Source: Adineta vaga
Lineage: Eukaryota > Animalia > Rotifera
NCBI GenBank assembly: GCA_021613535.1
Contig: CP075494.1
Span: 1,488,001 to 1,552,000, forward strand
Direction: 5' to 3'
Length of the DNA stretch: 64,000 nt
In this document: piece by piece, positions 51,803 to 63,004 of the stretch
Numbering within the stretch: position 1 is the first letter of the stretch
Layout: every line of letters begins with the position of its first letter
Notes under the pieces: model-generated
Databases searched by the model: none
Told to the model about the DNA's origin: nothing
The model's input: only the letters and a program-made list of their open reading frames with translations
Made by a program: the position numbers and the translations under genes

Positions 51803-51822
51803 CACCGACACCCTCAAGATGG
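51803..51822. repeat. Element, C-rich arm only
   Basis: CACCGACACCCTCAAGATGG, followed by TACAA as in copy 14. Confidence 0.85.
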
Positions 51823-51985
51823 TACAATGTTTTTTCTGATTTTTGACCTTTCACAAACAAACAAATCTTTTTAGTTTTTTTTCGTATCACCCTCACTTCA
51901 GTACAAGACAACAATGAAAATTAGTAAAGAGATGAGCAAAAAATATTGATATGAGTTACAACGTTATATATGTATATAGTTTGAT

Positions 51986-53041
51986 TCATGTCTTTGCTTT
52001 TATTCGAAGCATTTGAGGAGGGCGAATAACTGATCTTCGTTGTACGCTTTCTCTAGTCCCATGTGTTTGTGCTGGTCTCGTATTATTCTGTGTTTGTATG
52101 GTTCCAATCCTATTGCCTGTTCGTAGACGATGATATTCTTGCATAATCCATCGAGTTAATTCAGGAAAGAAGCCAAGCCACATCCATGGAAGGAAAAAAT
52201 AAGTGATATAAATGAGATCACCAAAATAATTTTGTTCAACATAATTAAGAAAAGTTGGATCAATGAGAACATTGACAATATATACTGTAAGAAATGGTGC
52301 CCATCCAACTAAATAAAGTCCTGAAACAGAGAATAATTGTATTAGCATACGTCGTTGTTGTCGCCATCTTGTTGATTGTTGCATACGGCGTTTCTGTAGA
52401 AATACTCGTATAATTAACACTATATTTGATATAATATCGATAAAAACTGGCATACTATTGTTAACTACGAGATCAAATGAACCAAGAATGCTTCCATACA
52501 TTAAATAACAATTAGCAAAGCCACATACTCGACTACTAAAATCCCATTGAGTATTATCACATGGATACAAAACGATCGCATATACATAGAAAATTGTTGG
52601 ATAAATAATACAGAGTAAAAGTGGTACATGATGTAACAGAATAGCTATCCAACGTTTTCTCAAAAGATTATGATAGAAAATAAATATATGTCGTTGAAGA
52701 GATATAATTGCTATTAGATATTCACTTGAAGCATATATAATATATTCAAAAAATGTCCACCATATACAATAACTTGGAACAGGTGGACTTACATACCCAT
52801 GAATATAGAAACTAAGACTTAGTGGTATGTCAAATACAAGTTGTATTGAATTTACCATGAGTAAAACAAATAATCCATGGTTTTGTGATGCTTTAAGTGA
52901 AGTACGATGTTTTGCAAAATAAATGAAGATAAAAATAGAAACGATGATCGATGAAATTTGTAATAATAATAATATTGTAAATTTAATACGATAGAATATG
53001 AATTTACTGTTTCCAACGACTTCCAAATCGGTGATGTTCAT
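51986..53041 (-). CDS. Rhodopsin-like GPCR (same subfamily as 5100-6050)
   Basis: YCIWWTF, ISLQRHIFIF and LHHVPL parallel FCIFWVT, ASIERHIFIF and FHYLPL in the 5.1-kb gene. Confidence 0.85.
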   Translation of the reverse strand: MNITDLEVVGNSKFIFYRIKFTILLLLQISSIIVSIFIFIYFAKHRTSLKASQNHGLFVLLMVNSIQLVFDIPLSLSFYIHGYVSPPVPSYCIWWTFFEYIIYASSEYLIAIISLQRHIFIFYHNLLRKRWIAILLHHVPLLLCIIYPTIFYVYAIVLYPCDNTQWDFSSRVCGFANCYLMYGSILGSFDLVVNNSMPVFIDIISNIVLIIRVFLQKRRMQQSTRWRQQRRMLIQLFSVSGLYLVGWAPFLTVYIVNVLIDPTFLNYVEQNYFGDLIYITYFFLPWMWLGFFPELTRWIMQEYHRLRTGNRIGTIQTQNNTRPAQTHGTRESVQRRSVIRPPQMLRIKAKT

Positions 53042-54023
53042 TTTTTATAATGATATTATATGAAATGAACTGATATTATAAATATAAACTAGACAGAATT
53101 ATGTTTTTTTCTCTTTCTCTTTTCATTATTGAAGTACCAATGAACATGTCTTCACATATTATCAAAACTCCATTATGACCCATCGAGCAGTTAGAAACAA
53201 TTATCATGGATCCGTGTAAAAGAGCTTTCTTAATAGAATTAGAATGTTTTTCATTGAAATGAACATGTCGAGCGTAAACGATGTAAAACTGCCAGCTTAG
53301 TATAATGCATCAGTTTAGTAGTTTTAGTGATTTTTTTGAAACTATTCTGTTTCCTTATTTGTATTTTGTTGATTTCGAATAATTTCACTGTCATGACCAA
53401 AATATGAATGTAGAAATCAGAAAAGAACAATTATTCATTTTTATCAAATATGAAATTCCACTCGAATCTTAAGTGACACTTCGCTAATTAAGTCTTGAAA
53501 GATTCTCGTCTTGTCGATGTAGTTTTTCTTTAAGAAATTAAATTCTAAAATGTTTCAAAATCGTGTTTAGAATGGTCATAGGAAAAAGTTTGTTCAAAAA
53601 ATGTCTTTATACATATCATTCGATGCAGTATGAGCTTCCATACAAATGTATCGAATCCATTCTTGGGTAGAAATCTTCACAATACCGAGGTGACTCAAAC
53701 TTTAAAAAAATAACATAATTCTAAGTATCTAAAGAGTCTAAAAAATAATCAAAAAACAATATTGTGTCACAACACTACGTTTAGGCAAGTCGTTATATCA
53801 AATATCAAGTGATATGTTATAAAAATTCGATATGTTTTTATCAGCCTAACATTGAAATAATAGACCGTTAATAATATGAATGTTTTTTTTCCTTTCCTTC
53901 ATCATAAGAAATATTGAGCGAAGAAGAACATTTAGTGAAAGAGCCTCATCTTTATCATGAGAAATGAGAATGCAGTTGTACCTTCAACATCATGAATATG
54001 TGACTATGATGTAACCAAATTTT

Positions 54024-55673
54024 TTACAGCGTATATATTTCTGCTCTCAGAGTACTAGTGTACTCATCTCCACCAATTACTAAAACGTTTCCATTTGACA
54101 ATGTACATGCTACACTATCTATTCGTTCATAATTCATACTGTCTGTTATTGTCCAACTTTCTCTTTCAGGATCATACAATTCTGCACTGTTTAGGGGATT
54201 ATGATCGTCTATTCCACCTGGAACCAAGACTTTTCCATTTGTCAAGGCGGAGGCACTGTGACTCGCACGGATATGATTCATGCTAGCAGCATTAGTCCAA
54301 GTGCTTGTGGATGGATCAAATAACTCTGTACTGCTGAAACGAGTGTGGTCTGTATCTATCCCACCGCAGACCAGAACTTTGTCATTCATCAATAAAGATG
54401 CTGTGTGTAACATTCTTGTTACATTTATTCTTCGAGTATTTGTCCATCGTTGTGTTTGTGGAGTATATAATAGTGCTTCGCTTAAAGGTCTATCGTCTAT
54501 AAATCCACCGGCAACTAGAATTTGTCCATTTGATAATGTAACAGCGGTATGCCCAGATATTGGATCGTTGGTATCATCACTAGTAGTCCATGTTCTTGTC
54601 GCTGGATTGTATACTTCACTATTATAAAAAGGACCCTGTTGACTCTTTCCATGTATAACTACTACTCTTCCATCTGATAAGAGAGATGCGGTATGTGAAG
54701 CTCGTTTACTTTCCATTCTATCGACTGGTGTCCAACTTTGTGTAGTTGGATTGTATAACTCAGCACTGTCTATACTATGATGATCATCCTTGTTTTGTCC
54801 TCCAGTTACTAACACATCTCCATTGGTTAGTAATGTTACTGTGTGAAAATATCGATATTCGTTCATTGTTTCAGTGGTAATATTCCACGTTTCTGTCAAT
54901 GGATCATACAATTCTACACTATTCAGAGAACTATTACCATCATTACCACCAGTAATTAAAACTTTGCCGTTTCTTAAAAATGTTGCTGTATGCCATTTGC
55001 GTGCTTCATTCATACTACCGATAATTGCCCAATTGACCAGTTTTCTGTTAATGGATCATATAATTCAGTGCTGTTTAAACATTCGTTATCGCCACCACCA
55101 TTGCCACCAATCACTAGTACTTTTCCTTCATTCAATATTAGGGCGGTGTGCTGTTTCCATGCTGCATTCAAACTTCCAGTCGGTGTCCAAGTTGCTGCAG
55201 ATGGATCATACAATTCAGCATTTGAAAGGACACTATTATCTAGTCCATTTCCACCAGCAACCAAAACTCTTCCATTGCTTAACAATGATGCTGTATGTGA
55301 ACTTCGTTCAACTGTCATGTCAGCAGTGTCAGACCATTCTGAAAAAGAATGAATTTGATATCTATATTTATTAGTTAATGATTGAGGTGTTATTCTTCTA
55401 TTGTCGTAGCTTACTTGGTGGTTTTGGAGTAGTCGATGTTTCTGATGTTGTTGTTCTAGTTATTGTCGTCTTCGAGGTGACTGGTTTGATAATAACATAG
55501 TTCAATAGTAATGAAAAAGTAATTATGAAGATTACCATGGCAACAGAAAGAGAGATGATAATAATCCAACGACCTTGAAGACGACGAAATCTTGTTTGAT
55601 TTGCAGTGTTAATCTCATTCAATTCATCGTTTTGTTGCCTATCTTGTTTTTCTAGAGTTCTTAGTTAAAGCAT
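54024..55673 (-). pseudogene. Type II membrane Kelch-repeat protein with a frameshift and an early stop
   Basis: About 9 Kelch repeats (RxxHTAxLLxNGKVLxxGG...ELYDP) and a TM exon with intron 55414-55339. An 8-bp duplication at 55023-55038 shifts the frame, and the upstream start reads ATG-CTT-TAA at 55673. Confidence 0.75.
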
Positions 55674-55915
55674 TTTTGTTTGTCTCCCACTTATACAGAA
55701 ATTGAAAGAATTTTAAAAGAAAACAGGTGTACTTTTATCTTCATATAATCTATTGCATGTAAGAGAGATATAGACTAGACTGACGTTTTTTGTCAAAATT
55801 CCTCCTTTACATGTTCTTGTTTGGAAAGTGGGAATAAATACGTAATCATTATCACAAAGTACCACTGCCTTTAACGAATAGCTATTCGATTCTTGATGAT
55901 TATACTATATCCGAT

Positions 55916-55975
55916 GCATCTTGAGGGTGTGGGTGGAAAGTGACTTGTAAGACTGCCACCCATACCTGCCCTTAA
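55916..55975. repeat. Element copy 16
   Basis: GCATCTTGAGGGTGTGGGTGG-spacer-CCACCCATACCTGCCCTTAA. Confidence 0.9.
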
Positions 55976-56109
55976 TTAAGTGATCAAATGAAAATAAACT
56001 GTGTTTATTATATAATAATTGTTATTTATTAAATAAAAAATATTCTCTTACAACATTTCAAAGTGATTTTATTTATCTTATCAAACAAAGTAAAAATATT
56101 TATTGTCGT

Positions 56110-56525
56110 TAAGTTTCGATAAATAACATTATTAAAGTACGTTTTCCTCGACATTTTCGAATACAAAATGAAATAAATTTAACAATTCGTGGTATTATTA
56201 TTTGTAACATTTTTGTTAAACCACCAATTAATTCAACTACCGCGGGAATATTACAAACTATACTGTATTTTGTATAATAAGTATAAGTACATTGTAATGG
56301 TTTACATTTATTATAATCTTTATCATATGCTATTGATAATTTCCATTGTTCAATTGTTGAGATCGGAGTACATCAATCTATTAATGGTGAATAAACAAGT
56401 TCTGTTATATTCATTGGTGAACGTAATTCAAAATATGAAAGAAGTTTATCCAGACAAATTTGACCATGAAAACATCGAAGATCAGATTGAAGTAATAAGT
56501 TATACAATAACTAGATGAAGTTGAT
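56110..56525 (-). pseudogene. C-terminal fragment of the same Cys-rich TM family as 48650-49612
   Basis: The minus strand reads QSDLRCFHGQICLD...ID*CT...IEQWKLSIAYDKDYNKCKPLQCTYTY...LIGGLTKMLQIIIPRIVKF. Confidence 0.65.
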
Positions 56526-57578
56526 TTGACGATACCGTCCAAAATATCAAACTTCGCTTTCAAAAGCAAGAAAAGATATTGTCAGCTGTCTGTCATCACC
56601 GAAAGAGTGAATGGACTTTAAGAAGTGACCTTGCTATCGAATCGTTAGATAATTACCTCTCGTCTGATGCTGATAAAAAGTAGCGAAAATCTTAAGAATA
56701 ATAAAGGAAACAGGTCTTGCTCTTATTTTGTTAAAAGGCTTTTTTCTTGGTAGTTTATATATGATTTTGTGCGGACTCTCAGTTATGATCAGTTGGTAAA
56801 ATGAGTTAAATTTTACTCTTCGATGCTTCACTTCTCAATTACTTGTTTCAAAACTCCTGTTTTCCAACTATTTTACTTTCATTCCGGTAGAACTGGCAGA
56901 TCTATACGAAAATACTTACAGCAGCAGTACAATAAGTAACCAGGTAGTTTAAATCGTGTAATTCAATCATCAATTCACTCACATACTGTCTCTCTCTCTC
57001 ATTATTTCTATGCATTGATCGTGCATGATCATATGAGTGTGGTGTATTCAATGCGATGTAGATTAATGTGTTGCACTTTGTTTTGAAGTGTATCACACAT
57101 TAAAGAACTTTTAATAAAATAGAAATGTATATTGACTTATGATCAAATATGCGGCAAAAGAGAGCTTTTATTTATTTTTGCTAAAACAGAAACGTTTCTA
57201 AAGGGTAAAAGAGATGATGCAGCATATTTCTCTCGATAAAAAATCATGATTTTAGTTTGATATAGGGAGTAAAGAAATACAGTCAGTATTCGATAAGGAC
57301 ACACAATTTTATAACAAAATTTCGATAGATCAAACAAACCTTTTCTTCATAACAGAAATATACAAAATAAACATCTCAAATACATTTTACTAATTTTGTT
57401 AATAATAACATTTGAATAACTGATTGAGTTTATCGTACGGGCATGAATATGTGCTGAGAGAAAAACGTTTTTACTCTTTTAATTGTAAGAAATACTTAGT
57501 AGGATGGTGCAAAAGAGAACAGAAAAAAAGTATTTATTATATTCAAAAATTCTTATGCTCCTTCATTACAGAGAAAAT

Positions 57579-58591
57579 ATGCGACTTGTAATAGTATTGT
57601 TTCTCGGCGTTTTTCTCTCATGTGTAGAAAGTTTGTTAATTCGTTTCTTCGTGTATGCCTTTTCACAATATGTACTATTTCTAGGTCAAACTACAGAAGC
57701 ATCTACTTATTCTTGTAATGAGAATAATGGTAATATCAAATTTACATTATCTTCGTCGCCTCATTCTGCATGGAATCCAGATTCAAACTGTTCTTTGCAA
57801 CAATGTCATGTAAGCTCGATTAACAGTTGTTCTTCGTCGTCAACACCTTGCTTCGACTATCGTACGTTCGACAATAGTAGATATTGTGCACCTGGTATTC
57901 TATGTTCAATTTTGGAGCCATGCAACAATATAACATTTACCTGTGCATCAAATACTTCAGTGTGTATAGTTAATTCGTGTTGCTCGCCACAAGCAATGTG
58001 TTTGCCGTTATTATCGACAAATTTCTGCATATCAGGTGATGACACTCTTTAGATTGAGATTTGTGAGTGCTCAGAAGCGAATGAAAATACTTTGTCATTT
58101 CAAACTCACGATTGAGTCTGCCCCTATAACATCATCAAAGGATTTTGCTTAACAAACTTGAAACGTTTTCTCAGTCTAAAGACCGTTAAAATACTTTGTA
58201 CTAAAAATAACAGGTAGTATTCATTTTAAAGTATCTCGCCGATCAGCAGGCAATCTGCAATGTTCGATGATATAGTGCTTTTTAGTCTGAGTATATTGAA
58301 ATGATTCTTTTAGGATGGTTTAATATTGCCAGTATGAATTACCCACGGCAATGGCATACATCATCCGTATTATCCAATGGAAAAGTGTTAGTTACTGGTG
58401 GAATGAGTGATAGTAGTACTTATCTAAGCAGTGCTGAATTGTTCGATCCATCAACAGGAACTTGGACGACTACTGGCAGTATGAATAATGCACGAAGTCA
58501 GCACACAGCATCCGTATTAACCAATGGAAAAGTATTAGTTACTGGTGGAATGAATTATACTGACTATCTAAATACTGTCGAGTTATATTAA
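57579..58591 (+). CDS. Secreted protein with a Cys-rich domain and two Kelch repeats; exons 57579-57630, 57685-58035 and 58314-58591
   Basis: Signal peptide MRLVIVLFLGVFLSCVE, Cys-rich CAPGILCSILEPC...CIVNSCC, in-frame GT-AG junctions, and AATAAA after the stop. Confidence 0.75.
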
Positions 58592-58789
58592 TTATTATAA
58601 ACACACTTACAATAAACTGTTTTTTTTACTTACTATCACCAGTAGTCTCAATTTCAAATACTGTTCTAGTAGCATAACTGTCTTGTTCTAATAATAATGT
58701 AGTGTTTTCTTCAAAGTCTGTGTTAACGTTGATTAGTAACATTCATTTGAAGGACGTAGATCAGCTAAAACTTAAATCGGTCCACTGAG

Positions 58790-58839
58790 TTGAGGGTGTG
58801 GGTGTGATTATTCTTTTCGTTCGACACCCACACCCTCAA
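58790..58839. repeat. Element copy 17 (perfect 16-bp arms, 18-nt spacer)
   Basis: TTGAGGGTGTGGGTGT-GATTATTCTTTTCGTTCG-ACACCCACACCCTCAA. Confidence 0.95.
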
Positions 58840-58935
58840 AATTATGTTCATAAATATATTCAATATATTTTATTTGAAATTTTTATCGTAGTTTTCTTAT
58901 AGAATGATTCTTTTTAAAGAAATGTTCGACATCGA

Positions 58936-60199
58936 TCAGCAATTATAATATTTTTTAACTTTTTGTATATCAGTTGAAGTAAGTTTCACGTTCATAGCAT
59001 GAATGTTATAACCTGGATATGTAGGTACAAATGCTGGTTTACCATTACTTGAATAGGAATAATCAGGATAGTGCATGATGGAATAATAATCATATGGCAT
59101 ATTCATTGTAGTAAAATAATCTGCACTATACTTATCATAGTTATATTGGAATTCTAAAAGAAGTAAGAATGACAGTGAAATCTATTTGTTAATAATTTTC
59201 AAAAAATATGACATACTTGGATCAATATTTGCCCAATTCATTTTGACATAATAATCACGATCAGGTCTCTGATGTTCATGACCGAAACCAACAGCATGAC
59301 CTAGTTCATGAATATATTGTCCAACACTCATACATGTTGGAGAATACATTTTAACATATTGTCGTCCACCTTGACGACCAATATATGAATAACAATAATT
59401 ACTTGTTCCATCATCTGGTGTTAATTCGATATAATCACGATCAGCATTTGTTTTCGGTGCAAATCGAATACATGTTTTTGAATGCCATTCTTGAATGACT
59501 TGTGCAATGACTGCTCTCTCATTACTATTGTATCGCGAACTGATAACATATGGCACTCGAGCATTAGGCCATTTATATCGTGAGTCTCGCCATACATTCG
59601 CACGAGCTGAAGATGATTGTTTGGGTAATTCCTCACGTAAATCTGTAAGATTTATACCAATTTGTTCGTTAGTTAAGGTTTTAGATCGTTCAAAATCTTC
59701 TTCAGTTAAATAAGGTAGAGGAGATTGTAATTGCATAGAATCATTTTGAGTCAGATTGATGACTGACGGATCTAAAAAGAACAACGAATCCAATAAGTAA
59801 TGATAGAGTTCTTCGATGTCAAAACAAAATCGTATACTTACTGATCTTTAGATTAACAATAGGTTTACTTCGCTGATAAACTACAATAAATACAGCAGTC
59901 AAAAGCGCACCTATTACCAGCAAAGCTAATACACCAATAACAAATATTATTTTCTTGAAATAGTTTGATTTTTGTTGTCCAATCCTGAATAAATGAAAAA
60001 CAGACAAAATTTAATCAGTATTTGCGCTTGAACTACTTAGTTATATGTCTTACTGCTTCATTGTTCTTTCCTGAACAATCGGAATAGAACTGTGGATGCC
60101 AGATTGAATACTAGGAAACGAAGAAGGATATACATGGAATATGGTATTTTGTTCATTCGATAAATTCAAATTTCGATCATCTTCCATCGAAAGAGACAT
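58936..60199 (-). CDS. Astacin-family (M12A) zinc metalloprotease with an N-terminal membrane anchor; 4 exons
   Basis: Zinc motif HELGHAVGFGHEHQRPDRD, WPNARVPY, and Met-turn YDYYSIMHY. Exon 1 is 60199-60054, the TM exon starts at 59984, and the protein ends KKYYNC*. Confidence 0.88.
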
Positions 60200-60608
60200 T
60201 GTCAGGTTGAAAGTGTAATGAATGGATTGAGATACTTTTAACTTTTGTTATAATGTGTATTATCTGTTATAAAATATTATTGATGAGAAAAGCCCTTTAA
60301 ATATCTTGTTTATTCACGCTTCATAAATTACGAAAAAAGAATGAATGTATATTGCGTTCCAGATAAATATTTACAATTGCGTCAATAGGTTGGCTTTCCA
60401 ACATAAAACACAGGTAGAGTCATAGTTTGTCATGTACGTTACTCATTCTATACAATTGCTCGAATGATTCATTTCGATTTTCTATCCTAATTGACTTCCG
60501 TTCTCGTTCGATAGACAATGTCACTAAGTGGAAAATTTTGTTATGTTTTAAATGTTTCTTCATTTGAAACGATTACTCAATATCATAAATATTTCAATCG
60601 GATTTATG

Positions 60609-60684
60609 TTTGAGGACGTGGGTGTGGGTGTGAGTCTAGTTGACGATAGTACCCTCATATTCACATCTACCCCACCCTTAAGAT
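60609..60684. repeat. Element copy 18
   Basis: TTTGAGGACGTGGGTGTGGGTGTGAG-spacer-CACATCTACCCCACCCTTAAGAT. Confidence 0.88.
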
Positions 60685-60959
60685 CCAAATCATCAACATT
60701 TATTTAAAGTAGAAAAAAATGATCATAATCTAATACGGAAGGAATCTGATATATTGTGATCTATTTTATTTCATCAATTATTTTAATCATTAAAATTATA
60801 CTGTTCTTTATCTTTATTTAATCGAAAAAACTATTGTACAAGATCGAAATCAATTTCAACATATTTGTTTGTCTACGTTTATGAATTCAGTAATCTATAC
60901 TCCTATCACGTCAAATTCTGATGTAATTCTTTGTGTTTTAGGTCAAATCTATTTCACAA

Positions 60960-61329
60960 TAAAAATCGCAATCAAACAATAAATAATAACTAAACCACCT
61001 TCATGACCAACTAATGTTGATTGTAAAATTGATTCTAATGGATAGCAATCTGCTAGCATTGCTCCTCAAGATAAAGAAACACATTTTGATGATAATGCAC
61101 AACTACAACCATTGTAAGACGATGGTATATTATGCATGGCATACCCATTAATTATTTCAGATGAATAATCAATTACCGAATTCGTAGATAATGTATTCAT
61201 TAATATATATGCTCCTGTTGTTTCTCGAATTAATAAAAGAGTATTGATAAATAATTGTGGCATTTTAGTTTGAAAATCATTCATTGTTTTTTGAATTTGT
61301 TCATTTAATGTAATTGATGATAAAAGCAT
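60960..61329 (-). pseudogene. Internal fragment of the same Cys-rich TM family
   Basis: LLLIRETT...YNGCSCALSSKC, then after a break CYPLESILQSTL...GGLVII. Confidence 0.6.
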
Positions 61330-63004
61330 GGCTGTCGGAATGCATAAACCAGAAGAGGTTGATGAAGCATATAGGGATGTTCATTTACCATTGATTATTG
61401 GAACTGTGGTCTATACAATTGTGAAAAAACAAATATTGCCTGTATTCGAACTAAATAAACGGACACTTTTTTGTCTGTATTGAACAAATAAAATTAACTA
61501 TACATAATATATAACACCAACATATCTAATATCTCGTAATATATTTAATCCTCGTACGACAAACCATTTGCATTTGTAACATTTTCTGCTCATCGATATA
61601 GTTCAATTAAATATCAGAATCGATCATTATTTAAAATTAGAAAAAATGACCTACGATTTGTATTTCAACACAGTGGATCGCAATTTTGATAATTTCATTA
61701 CTATTTGTGTTATAATGTAATATGGTTACGAATTTATACACTTATGACGACAGTAATTGTATCATTAAGCATTAATATTATATTAAATGTTCGTATTTTT
61801 CATTACGTCGTTTTGTACCTCAATTAATAAATTCAAATAATTCAAAAGTAAAATTAAATCGATGAGAAATTTCTTTATTACAACAAATGATTTTTATATT
61901 TTTGACATTTATTGTTAATTGAACTTTAACTTACGTAATAGCAATGGTCGGTCAGTTGATCATAGTTTGAATCGATGAATTCGTCCAGATCTGGTAATCT
62001 TTAGTGAATATTTATCAGATCGTACATGTTCAGTCATGTATAAAGTCATATAAAGACGAATATTAATTTATTCATTTGTATTAAATCAATTTTGTTTTTT
62101 ATGAAATAAACAAACTATAAAAAATCCCCTAAAGAGATAAAACATTTCTTTATTTCCTCCAGATAGGATTGAAAGAGTTAAATTTATAAAACTATGTGCA
62201 AAAAAATTCTTTTATGAAATTATACAATGAGAATTATATAGCTAATGATTATCCAAATGTTCTTAATAAATCTCTTTTAAGTCATTTTTATCCGACCTCA
62301 TTTGTGACAATTGTTCAATTGATTGATGAATTATTTATTGAAAATATAATTGAATAACAACATTTCTTGATCTATTAACTATTGAATTCAAATTATTATT
62401 ATTATGGCATAGTTTAACTGTTCATTAAAAAAAAGACGCTATTCATCATTATTAAACAAATCATGCTGTAACCTTGAATTCAAATTAATCGTCGACAAAA
62501 AGAATCTGAAAAACAGCTTTCATTTACATTTATGCATATTATTGAGATGAATGTATGTGGCTCAAAATGACATTCACATCCTAGGCCAACAATACGGTCA
62601 TAACCTATGTATATCTCCTTCGATTACTATCAAGCTAGATATTCTGACCTCATGACCGATAGTAGCTATCTGTTCTATTCCTTTCTCTTTCTCCTGTATA
62701 ACCTTCTGCCCAATGTATGAAAGGGTCACTACTTGAATGATGTAGTGTATAGTTAACATCAGATCGAAGATGGCAGAAACGTTACTCCTCCAGCAGTTTG
62801 TCACTGTTAGCACAATAGAATAAAGTAATGAGAAATAAACAATTTGAATTAATATGAAGTGAAAATTAGATGTTTGTATAAGCGTGTTTTTTTCTTCTAT
62901 GAACCATTTTATTTTATTATGATTATGACTTGTAAATAGAATCCATAATGTATTTAGACAAATATTATTTTGAATGATGATGTAAATTTTTTCTAGATAA
63001 AGCG

